Below, piece by piece: positions 1-11,469 of a stretch of 64,000 bases of DNA. The DNA comes from Epithemia pelagica (lineage: Eukaryota; Protista; Bacillariophyta). The stretch is from contig OX337229.1 of assembly GCA_946965045.2 (NCBI GenBank), forward strand, positions 3,162,001 to 3,226,000, written 5' to 3'. The stretch's first letter is position 1. The number at the start of each line of letters is the position of its first letter. Under the pieces are notes generated by a model that was not told the DNA's origin, searched no databases, and worked only from the letters and a program-made list of their open reading frames with translations. A program made the translations under genes and the position numbers.

Positions 1-398
1 TCACGGATCCGCGTATTCTGCCGGAACAATACCAAGTATGATTTGCTCACACATGTTTTCGAACAGTGGATCAGCAGGATCCGCGACAAGTTTTGCCCAT
101 CACCATGTCCTAATGTGCACGAGGTTACAGCCGCAGCTGTTTCCCAATCTCTTTCCCAGTCTCCATGTTCTCCTGACCGCAGCTTAGCTGACAGGGACTC
201 GTTCGATGACCTCGATGGATCCCCTCAGATATTTGTCATGAACTCACCCGATTCACGAAATGAAACATGAACATGAACCTTTGCACTCCAAGTTTCTTAG
301 TCAAGGCGTTAATCATAAATTCCGTAGAGCACAACTCAGGTTTATCTGAAAGGGATTCATAGTCTATGCTGCTATCGGGAGTTCCACTCATCAAGCTT

Positions 399-1040
399 TT
401 AATCCTTGCGTCGCAACTCCTCCATGGCGTCCAGAATCGCGGCACAAGAATCCTCCATTCGATTCGCCGCAATTCTCAGGCATTTGCTATTCACGCAATT
501 TGTCTTCACCATCTCTTCGCAAAGGCTTATTCTCTTCTTTTTGAAAGACGGCGCTACTCGCGGCTCCACAATCTTAAGGTCCGACTCAGTAGGATTAACG
601 GTAATATGAACGACTGTTGGATTGAACTGCAGAGACTCTCGCACCAAACGCTCGCAAGCCATGGACCTTTGCTCCGTGTAGCCACCATACATGTGAACTA
701 CAACATCGGCATTGGCCAAGGTATCTTGCTGCCATCCGACCCAATCTTGTCCCACAATATCAAGCAAATCACCGCCGTCCCAATCCCTCAATGACACATG
801 AGGGTTGTCTTGCAAGAAGCGTTCTCCAACCCAACCAAACTGTGACGAAGCCCGGTTGGGAGCGCCCGCGAGGAACGCGTTACGACAAAGACTTGTGACG
901 CGATCGTTCATCGGCAAACGTGGTGCCAACGCCTGGGCTAAGGGTCCAGTTCCACCTGCCAAAACAACATTCAATCCAACGCAATTTCCAATCAACGTAA
1001 AAGTTACTGAAACGATCAAGAGAAGGTTGCCCGAAAACAT
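399..1040 (-). CDS. Hypothetical protein with signal peptide and NAD(P)-binding Rossmann-like N-terminal motif
   Basis: 213-aa ORF with a hydrophobic N-terminus followed by VVLAGGTGPLAQALA, a beta-strand/glycine-loop pattern. Confidence 0.6.
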   Translation of the reverse strand: MFSGNLLLIVSVTFTLIGNCVGLNVVLAGGTGPLAQALAPRLPMNDRVTSLCRNAFLAGAPNRASSQFGWVGERFLQDNPHVSLRDWDGGDLLDIVGQDWVGWQQDTLANADVVVHMYGGYTEQRSMACERLVRESLQFNPTVVHITVNPTESDLKIVEPRVAPSFKKKRISLCEEMVKTNCVNSKCLRIAANRMEDSCAAILDAMEELRRKD

Positions 1041-1267
1041 GGTGCCACCAACGTTCTGTTGCGTCTCTTCAATGGTGAAAGGTGAAAGAAGAAAGAAGTA
1101 AGCGAAGAAGCGAAAGAAGGCGAGAAGGGCAACTTCAACATCTCCCAGTGCGACTGGCGCATTTATCAGTCGCGATTATCACAAAATCAGTCGCATGGCG
1201 GCTTCCACAATGGACCACAAAAAGCAAAGATATCGGTGTTTGCTAAGAGGTCTCAGCAAGAATAGGA

Positions 1268-2017
1268 ATGGTCCAACCTATCGTTACTTCAGGCGAGGAA
1301 TCACCGATCCAAAGCGATCATTCTCACGACCAAACAGAGGAGGAATCTGACGAAGATGGTGACTGTGTAAATTCTGAAAATCCCCGACGGCGACAGAGTT
1401 CGAGGACATTTGACATGGAAGACGATGACTGTGAAAACAATTTCTCTGCGAATCTTGAGAAAGATCATTTGTATGACGAGAATGCCGACAAAGAAGACGA
1501 AGCGTTTGTGCAGCAACACCTTCGGCAGGGGGTGACACCATCACTGCATGATCAATCAACGGCGAGATCACCTGATCAAAGTGGGACGTCAAACACTGAA
1601 AGGCAAAATATCACCAAAAGCAAAACGGATACAGTGTTGTCATGCCCATGCTGTTTTTTGACCGTATGTATGGATTGTCAACAACATGAGCGTTATCCAA
1701 ACCAATATCGAGCCATGTTTGTCATGAATATCATTATTCGATGGGATTTAGTGCTAGCCTACGATCGTCGACAAAAACTTTTGGTGCCCTATCAACAACC
1801 AACAACAGCAGCTTCATCTAGCAATCAAGAAACTTCGAACGTGTCCATAATACCTCAACGAGACAGCGACCTCAACCCGATGCAAAGTAATGACACTATC
1901 ACCACAGAAGATGAAATATACTACACGGTTTGCTGTGCCAACTGCAATACTCAGGTGGCCTCACTGGATATGAGGGATGAAGTGTACCATTTCTCCGGTT
2001 GTCTAGTGTCCGCGTGA
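1268..2017 (+). CDS. EAPP: E2F-associated phosphoprotein (EAPP-family)
   Basis: Acidic N-terminus, then TDTVLSCPCCFLTVCMDCQQHERYPNQYRAMFVMN and YYTVCCANCNTQVA...DEVYHF, matching the EAPP C-terminal signature as I recall it. Confidence 0.85.
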   Translation: MVQPIVTSGEESPIQSDHSHDQTEEESDEDGDCVNSENPRRRQSSRTFDMEDDDCENNFSANLEKDHLYDENADKEDEAFVQQHLRQGVTPSLHDQSTARSPDQSGTSNTERQNITKSKTDTVLSCPCCFLTVCMDCQQHERYPNQYRAMFVMNIIIRWDLVLAYDRRQKLLVPYQQPTTAASSSNQETSNVSIIPQRDSDLNPMQSNDTITTEDEIYYTVCCANCNTQVASLDMRDEVYHFSGCLVSA

Positions 2018-2182
2018 CTAAATTATATGCATAATTCTGTACTTGAGAAAGATCTAGAATCGAAAATCGTATGCCTCGTGGGCTGGGATAAAAATATGTT
2101 AAGATCAGGGCTGTCTTCCAAACTGATATTCGTACTCGCAAGTCGGCAAAAGTTCCACGACTCCTGGCAGCGGCTTTGACGA

Positions 2183-2872
2183 CTATTGCGCGATTTTAGA
2201 CATGAGAGAACTAATCGCAGAAAAGTCAACACTTTCTTGGTACACACGTTGTCTTTTGGTGTTGTTGACAGTACCAACAAAGGAAACCCAGTTGGAATCT
2301 GCCTTCTCCACAACTGAATCATGCTTGAGTGCCACCACTGCCGCATGGGAGTCAACGTTGAGGGCCTTACAAACGAGGTCGGTCGGGGCTTCTTTGCAAG
2401 TAAGAGACATTGCATCGAGAATTGCCTTTTGAAGCTTGGTAACTGATCGGGAAGCTAATTGCGCCAATTCATTATCCTCTGAAGACTTCAGAGACACATA
2501 GGTTTTCCAAAATTCAGGGAATTTGCAGGCCTCCAACAAGGAGAAGCATTTTTGTATGGTTGAACAAGGATCCTGGGAAGCGATGCTTGATGGTATCATG
2601 TACCCCAGAGCGACAAAATCCGTATTAGGGAATTCCAGTGCTGCCAACAAGGATGCTCTAGCAACATTCTCATTTTTGGTGAGATGAGGAAAGAGTTGGT
2701 ACAGTTTTATGAGCCGTCGAACGCTGTCACCCATGTACGGAGTATCCCCTCGCATCTGTGCCAACAGATGCTCTTCCAGCTGGGGAGCAGCGTTTGGGCT
2801 GTAACTTTGATTTTCAAGAATATCTTTGATTTCTTCCTCGAGCGCCATTGTGACAATGACAAGGTATATCAC
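2183..2872 (-). CDS. EIF3K: Translation initiation factor eIF3 subunit K
   Basis: 229 aa. YSPNAAPQLEEHL...LIKLYQLFP...FPNTDF and LLEACKFPEFW resemble the eIF3k PCI-domain signature; the size fits. Confidence 0.8.
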   Translation of the reverse strand: MIYLVIVTMALEEEIKDILENQSYSPNAAPQLEEHLLAQMRGDTPYMGDSVRRLIKLYQLFPHLTKNENVARASLLAALEFPNTDFVALGYMIPSSIASQDPCSTIQKCFSLLEACKFPEFWKTYVSLKSSEDNELAQLASRSVTKLQKAILDAMSLTCKEAPTDLVCKALNVDSHAAVVALKHDSVVEKADSNWVSFVGTVNNTKRQRVYQESVDFSAISSLMSKIAQ

Positions 2873-3329
2873 TTGTTGGTTCCCTTGTGTTGTCTTACCA
2901 CACTTGCAACAGTTGTCAGTGTTTGACTTGTGGCTTGTAGCTTGTATGATGAGGCCGTCTGCTCAAGTGTCCCGATTTTGTCGTTTTCGCTTTTTTCTCA
3001 CCCTTCTCTTTCTCCGGATTTTTAGCTTTTGTCAACGGGACTGACCATGTCTCAACTTTTCATTCGTCACCCCACTGCCACCATACACGTCTTCGGCTGA
3101 CGACGATTCGATTGTTGACAAAACATCACAGATGTGCGATTGATGTGTTTTTGCATGCAGCACGTATTGATCTGTCCCTGTGTTGGATAGTTGTGATTGC
3201 CACAACCTTCTATTCATATAGTGTCAGTTGAGCTGCTGAGTGTATTCCTATGCAGACCAATTCCCGGTTTTGCTAGTGCGATCGAGTGGTCTATAATATT
3301 GAGTCGGTCAGCATCTCAGCTCGGGTGCT

Positions 3330-5942
3330 ATGTGTGCTTCAATCAGCTTACCCAGAGCATGGTCTTGCGTTACGGCTTCTCTATTGGTTCTGCATCTGAT
3401 ATCCACTTTTGGGACGCAAGCTGCTTTGTTGGAACCCTCATGCCGATTCACCAAGAGCAGTGTTGGTCATGCCTGCTTTCCATCTGGGAGCGATTCCCGA
3501 ATAGCTCGTACTTCTGTTGTGACGCTCTATGGACACGACATTTTGGTGCAACAAGATGAAATTCATGCGTTCAATGCACAAGATGTTGACTGTCATAATC
3601 ACGACTTTGACAGGCATTTGGAAAATTTCATATTGCAGCCTTTTGACTATAGTTTGAGAGATGGAGAGGACGAACCATATAGCCACACTGGAAGTTCTGC
3701 TAATTTTTCAAGTGCTGGCGATATCACGTCGTATTATGAGCCAGTCGACATTTCTCTGGAATCAATGGACCAGACCTTGTCTTCTAAAATCCAAGGAGAT
3801 GTTTTAATGCATGAGCTCAATGGACACAGCCACAACAGAAATGACACTGTTGCGAACGACTTGGACTCACTCATAGCAGAGAAGGAATCTGGCGGCAAGT
3901 CGCGAATATGGATGTCGCATAGATCAATTTGGCAACGGAGAAATGCTAGAAGTGCCGAGGAAGGAATCCGACGAGAAAAGCTACCACAGCTTTCCTCCTT
4001 GCTTCTGGAAAAGGCCAAGGCTCTTGATGTTCAAAGTCCTCGATATGCCGCGAGAACGATTGCCGGTCTGGTCAGTGCCCTTGCGGAAGAAGTAAATGAT
4101 TTGGATGTGGAAGTTGTTACACAGCCAGATACACCTTTCTGGGATAAACATGTGGACGAAGTGAGGATAAGCTTCTCGAGGCTCGGCTTCTCTCCAATCA
4201 AAATGAGAGGTTTACATCATGCGATCGAAGAATACAGTGACAAATATCCAGATTGCGTAGACTCAGATTTCTCAAAGAAGTTGCAGGACCTTTCCTGTGC
4301 TGATGAGGCGTTCAAACAAATTGATGTGGACAATTCAGGCTTCCTGGATCGAGACGAAATCGGGGAAGCATTGATCTTGGCTTCTGGTGCAACAGATGAG
4401 GGAGATGATCGCCGAATTATTGAAGAGCTGGCATCTGATTTACTTGAGCTCTATGATGTTAACGGGGACGGTGTGATTAGTAGGGGAGAATATCAGTTGA
4501 TGGTGGAAGACATGGCCGCACTAGTGCAAAAGCAACAAGAACAACCTGCACAGAAAAATAATCGAGATGAGCGCCCGAGTGAAATGGGTGCCTCGAACGG
4601 TACAATTGGAGCGGTGCGACAGTTTTTTGGAAATATCTTTTCTCGGGAAAAAAATGGGCAAGACGATGATGAAGCCACCGATCCCATATCAAGTGGGATG
4701 AACGAATTTTCGGTCCACGGAGATGACTCCTCTGAAATGAATCATTCAGAATACGTGATCAACACTTCCGAATCGGTAGAGATGATAGAGTCGATGGGCA
4801 AGTCTTTGGGATCCGTAACACTTTCGGATTTGAAGCTGGATCTGCGGAGACTTGTATTTGGGGCTGTACCTGTGATCAAGCATATAACGCCGGGAGGGCC
4901 TCTCATTCTGGAACCATTCACTGTCACAGTAACAGCTTCATTTGATCGCGAGGACATCATGAAGTCGTCATTGCTGGAGGCCGGGTTATCCCAACTTATT
5001 GGGCTGGTTTTGCGACGGCGGGTGCGATCATTGCGAGACCTCACAGATTTGGCTGTTCTCTTCGGTCGTGACTATAAACTCACTTCAAAGAATGCCCCAG
5101 TCACTGAAGTTGTTGAATTGAGCAATGTAGAATTTGATGAGATGAACCGATTAGTGATGACTGGTCGAGCAAAGGTTCGGACTCGCCCAGGTGCTCCAAC
5201 AATTGACCAGGCCTTTAAGGTCAGGGCCAAGTTAGGGACGCGGAAAGGTGGAAGATTTATTCGCCTGGTTGAACCAGAGCTTGCTTTTGTCTTGGAATGC
5301 CCAAAGACTCTGGAAGAGGGGTAAGTTTCGTTTTCGTTCGTCCATTTCCCATTCTTGTCAATCCTCAACCACGCGCTTTTTAGCATTTCTGCTGCTTGTA
5401 CAAAGATGAACATCAATGCTCCTCCACGCCCAAAGCCTTTATACTCGTTCTTTCCTATTTATTCACCGTTTAAACCAGATGATAACGATGGTTTCGATCT
5501 CGGGGACGACAACGCTATTCGCAACATCTACATTCAAGATGGAGCACTCCGATTTGAGCTGAGTACGGTGCTTCGGCCTGGTCGATTTCTCGGAAGCCAC
5601 TACATAGCATTCACATTGCCGTTTCGTACGTTCATCATTACGCTGGACCGCGTAAAGGAAGGCATCCGTGCTGCTCGAAAAGCAAAGAAACTCAAACGAC
5701 AACAAGAACGGAAACGTCAATCTGAAGGATACGTTGAAACCAAAGTTGAGCAATCGGTGGACTCTGATAGTTTGCGGAAAAAGTCAGCACGAAGGCGCCC
5801 CCCTCGGAAAAGCTTCTTTAGTCGATTCGTGGATGGATACATGCAGGCAGACCGTGACGAGCCCGACCGCGCAAAGGTTACTACAGCTATTCGAGACTTT
5901 TTTGGACGTCAAACAGGTGACAGCAGCAGCACAGATCGATGA
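3330..5942 (+). CDS. Signal-peptide-bearing EF-hand protein (2 exons; intron 5321-5383)
   Basis: EF-hand loops DVDNSGFLDRDE and DVNGDGVISRGE. A GTAAG...TTTTAG intron joins ORF 3330-5324 in frame to ORF 5355-5942. Confidence 0.7.
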
Positions 5943-6226
5943 TAGCCTCTTTTGACTATTCAGAGTTCTTCCAGTCCATCAGGACCAAGGAAGGGTGCGT
6001 TTCACTATCTTGCGCATGACTCATGAGATCGTACCATTGCAAATTTTCTGAATCGATTATGTCAGTCTTCTTGCTTGGCATAGCGTACGAACGCTTAGTC
6101 CACCTCACACTTCACAACCACCCCTCTCAAATTTTAGATACAGAAACGGGCGAAGTCCGCATAAAATGTTAATACCATCACCATAGAAGAACTTCATATG
6201 TCCCAAGGGGAATTTGCCCACACGAT

Positions 6227-6895
6227 CTACCTGTGTTTTGAAATAGAGGTATGGCCCATTTTCTCAACTCTATCAATAAGAGAATCGACAGCTTGGGTAA
6301 AAAGTTCACTTCGAATAGGCATTTCGAGTTCATAGAACGGGTCTAACAGAAACAAAATGAAGAGTGAGCAAACACGTTTGGTGTTATCTGGGCACAGGGC
6401 ACGGACGAGCAAAGACAAGGATAGAGCATTATTTTTGTACCTTTGCAAACACATTCTGCGTAAAGGACGTAGATCTCCCTTAGCACACTGTCAAGATCCA
6501 CTGTGGCTCCAGGTTCAGCTGTTATGACAAATTTAATTCCAGTGACAGTTTGCAAACACCGAAGCTCCATTCCACCAGCCACAATTCTTTCAATGCCGTC
6601 ATCGGCACCAGCTGTAAAGACAAGGGGGACAGAGAATGAGAATCAAAGATCTCCCACCACTCCGTACCGACGAATGATACCTCAATATAGCTTTAACAGT
6701 GGAATACTTACAGACATTTTTCCCGTTAGGTAAGCGAAGCGGAGACGCTTCGGAGGCAATTGCATGCAGTGAATGGAATGTCGAACCAATGCGCAAAAAT
6801 TCATTGGTGCTGATCTTCGGAGCTCTGGCTGACAACGGTCGGTGATGGATCAGCCCACCACTCTTGTTGACGATGAAGAGATGCAGAAAACCCAT
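6227..6895 (-). CDS. TRAPPC4: TRAPP complex subunit 4 (Trs23/synbindin), 3 exons
   Basis: Exon pieces MGFLHLFIVNKSGGLI..FLRIGSTFHSLHAI, CLQTVTGIKFVITAEP..LREIYVLYAECVCK and DPFYELEMPIRSELF are joined by GT-AG introns. Confidence 0.9.
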
Positions 6896-8067
6896 ATTTA
6901 CTGCCTATTGATATGAAAGTGGATCAACAGAGATCTACACTTTCTCTAATCTGCCTTTAGGAGAAATCAGGAAACCCGAGACCTTTCGGCCGAGCTGCAG
7001 CCTACAGCATAGCATGGGTAGGCTAGAGAGATGCTTTGCATCACACAACCAAAACCACATCCCGCTCCTATTTTTTCGCTGAAGAGAGAGTCGTCTGTCT
7101 TCAATTTGATATTGAGCAGTTCTAGAGGTATGACTTTAATTGTTAGACGTCGTCTATATTAGATTGCCATCGACCAATCATGCAAGCCCAATTAAATTTC
7201 ATATCTTTACGGTATTCCATTGCAACGATTCTTGGGACGATATCTGGAGTCTCATTTGCCAATGTACGCTTTTCCGATCTTTCATCACTGAATAGTTAGT
7301 GATGACCGCCCTCTTCGTCATGATGATGACCTCCGGAATGTTCCCAAGGAAAGCGCAAGCCAATCAAGACTTCACCATCACAACGAATTCGATGAAAAAC
7401 CCAGAGCCACATTACGACCCCGATAAATTCGGAATACATTGTGAGATTTTCATCGACATACATGAATTTTCTCTCACTGAAATTCGAAAGACGGAGTTAT
7501 GAAAGCAACATGTGGTGAGAAACGCAAGCGAAGCAGCAGTCTTTCTGCGACCGTGATCAAGACCTGACACCTACCCGCCACCCATTCTTCGAATCGCCAT
7601 GTGGTTTGTCGACTGCATCGTTCTGTGCAGCGGTTTTCGAAAAAGCGCGCTATTTACTGCTCGAGAGAACATGGTCGGATGCTTTTTGTTTTTGCTTGTT
7701 GTGGTCCGCCCTTGATGCTTGATGTGTCTCTGTGTTGATGCGGCGCTGATTTATGGACGAAGCTTTATCTCTAACGCTAGTGAGCACTCTACCCACATTC
7801 GTCTTCGTCTTCTATTTTAGGCTTTGCGTACCCCAAGCGTGTCCTCCGCCTCTTATCGTCTCATTCACGAATCCGTACGACTCATAGGGAATCCAAATCT
7901 GTGCGGTCGCGGATTCTCTCCAGAGTCCAGAGATGCCAATAATCCGAGAGAAAAGAACCGAGTCCTGCAATACGGAACAACCGAAAGGGATAGAGTGACC
8001 AAGACGAACCCGCCGGACGACTATCCCCGTAAGCATACCCTCCCGCGCCCCTGCCCCCCTCTCCACG

Positions 8068-11000
8068 ATGGTGGAAAGCGCGGACCCACCGTGGGCGTTA
8101 CCGGTAAACCCAACTTCGCCCCACCCCACGGTAAAAACACGCACCATGCCCTTCGGGCTCGCTCCCATCCGAGCACCTCCGCCGATCCAGGACGACCGGC
8201 TCCCGTCACGCAGGGCGAACAACAACAACACCATGGACAAACTCCATGGTCTTCGATACTGCAATCGAAACAAGGACAATAGTCGACAAAGACGCCATGG
8301 TCGAACCCCTCCCCTGGCCACCACCCAAAACACCCCGATCGCCAAAAGCCGGCGTCCGACCGCCCCACCAGCCACACCAGGCCAACAAAGAGCCAAAACA
8401 ACCACACCACCTCGGTCCAAACAACCAGCAACGGAACCCAAAGCCTCGCACGACGACAACAAACCAAGACGTCACCAACCAACCATGCCAGATCCCAGCA
8501 AGCCAGGCCACCTCCGTAATACCACAAAATCGGTCGCCACCCAGACAGACAACCGGTACTCCGACAACCCGCCACGTCGACATCCAACCGTCGACATGGC
8601 CAGCATCGCCAACAAACACCACCGGAAAAACGAGCACACTCATCCGACATCCTCAAACCCGCTCACAATGCCGAACAGGTTCAAGTCGTCATTGGAAATC
8701 AACGAGAACACAACGCCCACCGGAACTCAAGCCGCCAGTATGCAAGCCCATTCGAAACTCGCCCACTCCTCCAGAAAGAAGCCGGCTTCCGCCATGCTCC
8801 GCTCTGCCACCACCCGCTCCCAGACGGGAGCACACAAGAAAGGGGGGACCGCTCCCGACGAAGCAAACCCTAACCAGCAAGCTATCCAAGGTAACACCAC
8901 GCTCGCTGCAGTCAACCGCCGCGAACAAGACGTCAACCCCATCACACCAGACCCGGTCCAGCGCAAGAAAAACCAAAACATTCACTCAACCAAAAAACCC
9001 ACCGAAAAAAACCCAGAAAAAGAACAACAAAACAACCAGAACAACACCACCGCCACTAACACCCCGAACAACAACCAGCACCCCCACAACCAAGCCCACA
9101 ACCAAGAAGAAAACACCAACAACGACACCAACACCCACAACCAAGGAGAAAACACCAACAACGAAACCAACAACGACAACACCACGGCAGCAGAAGCCAC
9201 CAACCCCAACCACGACACCGACAACACAGCAAACACTCAGGACGACATCAACCGCCATACCTCCAACACGGCAACACCACCCCGTCGATTCCACCACTCC
9301 AACCGCATCACCACTGCCCACACGACGCCACCGCACGACAACGAAGCATACGCCACCACCGACCACGACGACGACGGGCAAGACATCGACGACACCACCA
9401 ACGCCACACCCTCGACAACGACACCCCTCCCTCCGCCAATTCGAAACCCCTACAAGTCCCCGACCACCAAACCTCTCACTCACAGCGGAACCTCCAACAA
9501 AGACCCACCCGCAGCAATCCACCTCAACCTGGTCGTCCGTCACAAAGCCAACCACCAGGAAGAAGCTGCCCTCCCACGAATCACCGAAACGGCACTGAAA
9601 CAACACTTTAACCAAGTGTTCAAACACCACGAACCGCGCGAGGACCCCATGTGGCTACGGGTCCACCGCGTCGAGTTCATCGAGACAAAACAACCGGCAC
9701 GAACAAAAGGAAACAACGACAAAGGACCACGCGGCCACAGCTCGTCCTTCCACCTCACCTTGAGCCCTGCGCCAGCGAACGACGCCTTCGACATGGAAAA
9801 CTACCTCGAGCAGGCCCTACGGTTCGCCACACAAATGTGGCACAAACACCACCGCGACGATTTTCGAAACGACGAACACGGCGCACAATGGATTCTCCGC
9901 CATGGAGCACAACAGTCGAACCCAACCTTGAACCCTCGATTCAAGGAATTCGACATCTACATCCCTGCATGCAACAACCGCATCGCAACGACCCAAGGCA
10001 TAATCGCTGGAATCCCAGCCATCGCTGTAAAACACCGCCGCGGATACCTTGACATAACCACCACCATTCACGACCATCTCTTCGGACACCTCCCCAGCCA
10101 GTTCCAACTGTTCGACGACTTCAGCCAACACTTCGGCTGCCGCGACGGCACCTTCAGCGGAGACCTACGCAACAAGCAGCGCGGTCAGGTACCAGTTATC
10201 TATTTCTCCGCGTCCTCCAGGCACAACTTCGAACTCTTTTTACGTGCCTACAACAAATTTCACCAAGCCGCCAAGGGCAACGAAATCACGTGGCGCGAAA
10301 ACGCCCTTCAAATACTTCCAATACCTAAGAACCAACAAACCAGAACCACGACACTAGAGGCCTTGAAGGACCTCGACCAACACTTCGGGGCAAGCGTCCG
10401 CATTCGTCTCTACCCATTGAACGATTTAGCCACCGAAAGCGAGTGGGACGAACTCACAGAAATCCCCCACTACCAGGCAGCCTACCCTGAGTTCACTCAC
10501 CACGACCCAGAACCTATAGCTTATTACCTGCACCTACTCCGCACACCGGACACACACCACCTGAACGCAACAACCATTCGGAACTATCCGGGTTTTCCAA
10601 CGAACATCCTCCGTCCAACCATGGCGTCCACAGTTGCAGCACCACCGGCACCGGGACAGGAAAACACCAACAACGAACTAACCCAACAACAGGCCACACA
10701 TACTTCACGGCTTTTGGACCTCACCCGCCGAATCACACAACGCAACCAGATCAACGGGGAGAACCAAAGTGGCGAAAGCACCACAACCACAACACCTACA
10801 CGGCCAAGGTCCACCACCCCGACAACTCCGCCCCCGAGAAAACGTTCAGCACCATCCACCGACACACCAACAACCAACGACAACGAACACAACAGTGATC
10901 CCTACGAAGACAACTCAAACTGGACGACGGTCGCCGACACCGCCGCCCGCATCATACACAACAGATACAACCAAGACGATTACGAGATCAATGCAGACAG

Positions 11001-11469
11001 CCAGAACACCTTCTCCACCCTCTCGTCCACCAACCGCTACTCCGTCCTCGGGGAACGCCCAGACGACTCTTACAACGAAGAGTACGACCGGTACCATGGA
11101 GGAAACCCAAACGATGTAGAGATGGACGAAGAAGAACCCGACAAATGGGATAACATGTCCGAATCCGGCCGTTCCCACCCCCTCCTTCAACCAGACAACG
11201 ACAACCAAGCAAACAACCCCTCACAGAACACGGCAGATGAACTACACCAGATCGCCGCCTTCGTGCACCAGCACAACAGCTCTCAACTCCCCGCGTTAGA
11301 GGAATACATAGAGAAAATACAGTCCTTTTCGACGGACACCGACGCGAAAGACGTCTGGGATTTTGCGGAGCGGCTCGTAAAGCAGAAACGGCCGCTCGAT
11401 TCCCACGTCGCCGGCACCCGCACCGGCCATGTGGACCCGCATGCGACACAGGGCCAAGGGGCCAAATGA
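8068..11469 (+). CDS. Retrotransposon ORF1 (1133 aa; low-complexity T/N/P-rich flanks, structured core ~9500-10600)
   Basis: Long uninterrupted ORF whose TGA overlaps the next ATG (ATGA at 11466-11469). Confidence 0.75.
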   Translation: MVESADPPWALPVNPTSPHPTVKTRTMPFGLAPIRAPPPIQDDRLPSRRANNNNTMDKLHGLRYCNRNKDNSRQRRHGRTPPLATTQNTPIAKSRRPTAPPATPGQQRAKTTTPPRSKQPATEPKASHDDNKPRRHQPTMPDPSKPGHLRNTTKSVATQTDNRYSDNPPRRHPTVDMASIANKHHRKNEHTHPTSSNPLTMPNRFKSSLEINENTTPTGTQAASMQAHSKLAHSSRKKPASAMLRSATTRSQTGAHKKGGTAPDEANPNQQAIQGNTTLAAVNRREQDVNPITPDPVQRKKNQNIHSTKKPTEKNPEKEQQNNQNNTTATNTPNNNQHPHNQAHNQEENTNNDTNTHNQGENTNNETNNDNTTAAEATNPNHDTDNTANTQDDINRHTSNTATPPRRFHHSNRITTAHTTPPHDNEAYATTDHDDDGQDIDDTTNATPSTTTPLPPPIRNPYKSPTTKPLTHSGTSNKDPPAAIHLNLVVRHKANHQEEAALPRITETALKQHFNQVFKHHEPREDPMWLRVHRVEFIETKQPARTKGNNDKGPRGHSSSFHLTLSPAPANDAFDMENYLEQALRFATQMWHKHHRDDFRNDEHGAQWILRHGAQQSNPTLNPRFKEFDIYIPACNNRIATTQGIIAGIPAIAVKHRRGYLDITTTIHDHLFGHLPSQFQLFDDFSQHFGCRDGTFSGDLRNKQRGQVPVIYFSASSRHNFELFLRAYNKFHQAAKGNEITWRENALQILPIPKNQQTRTTTLEALKDLDQHFGASVRIRLYPLNDLATESEWDELTEIPHYQAAYPEFTHHDPEPIAYYLHLLRTPDTHHLNATTIRNYPGFPTNILRPTMASTVAAPPAPGQENTNNELTQQQATHTSRLLDLTRRITQRNQINGENQSGESTTTTTPTRPRSTTPTTPPPRKRSAPSTDTPTTNDNEHNSDPYEDNSNWTTVADTAARIIHNRYNQDDYEINADSQNTFSTLSSTNRYSVLGERPDDSYNEEYDRYHGGNPNDVEMDEEEPDKWDNMSESGRSHPLLQPDNDNQANNPSQNTADELHQIAAFVHQHNSSQLPALEEYIEKIQSFSTDTDAKDVWDFAERLVKQKRPLDSHVAGTRTGHVDPHATQGQGAK

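Noticed and set aside
1-390. Possible minus-strand gene at the window start
   Set aside because: No consistent exon structure or motif could be established.
7299-7502. 67-aa ORF upstream of the retroelement
   Set aside because: Too short and motif-free to support as a gene.
7380-7800. Target-site duplication for the retrotransposon
   Set aside because: The sequence after the poly(A) (TTCGACGACAAAAAG) has no exact upstream match; the nearest (AATTCGATGAAAAAC near 7388) is only partial, so the 5' end stays approximate.
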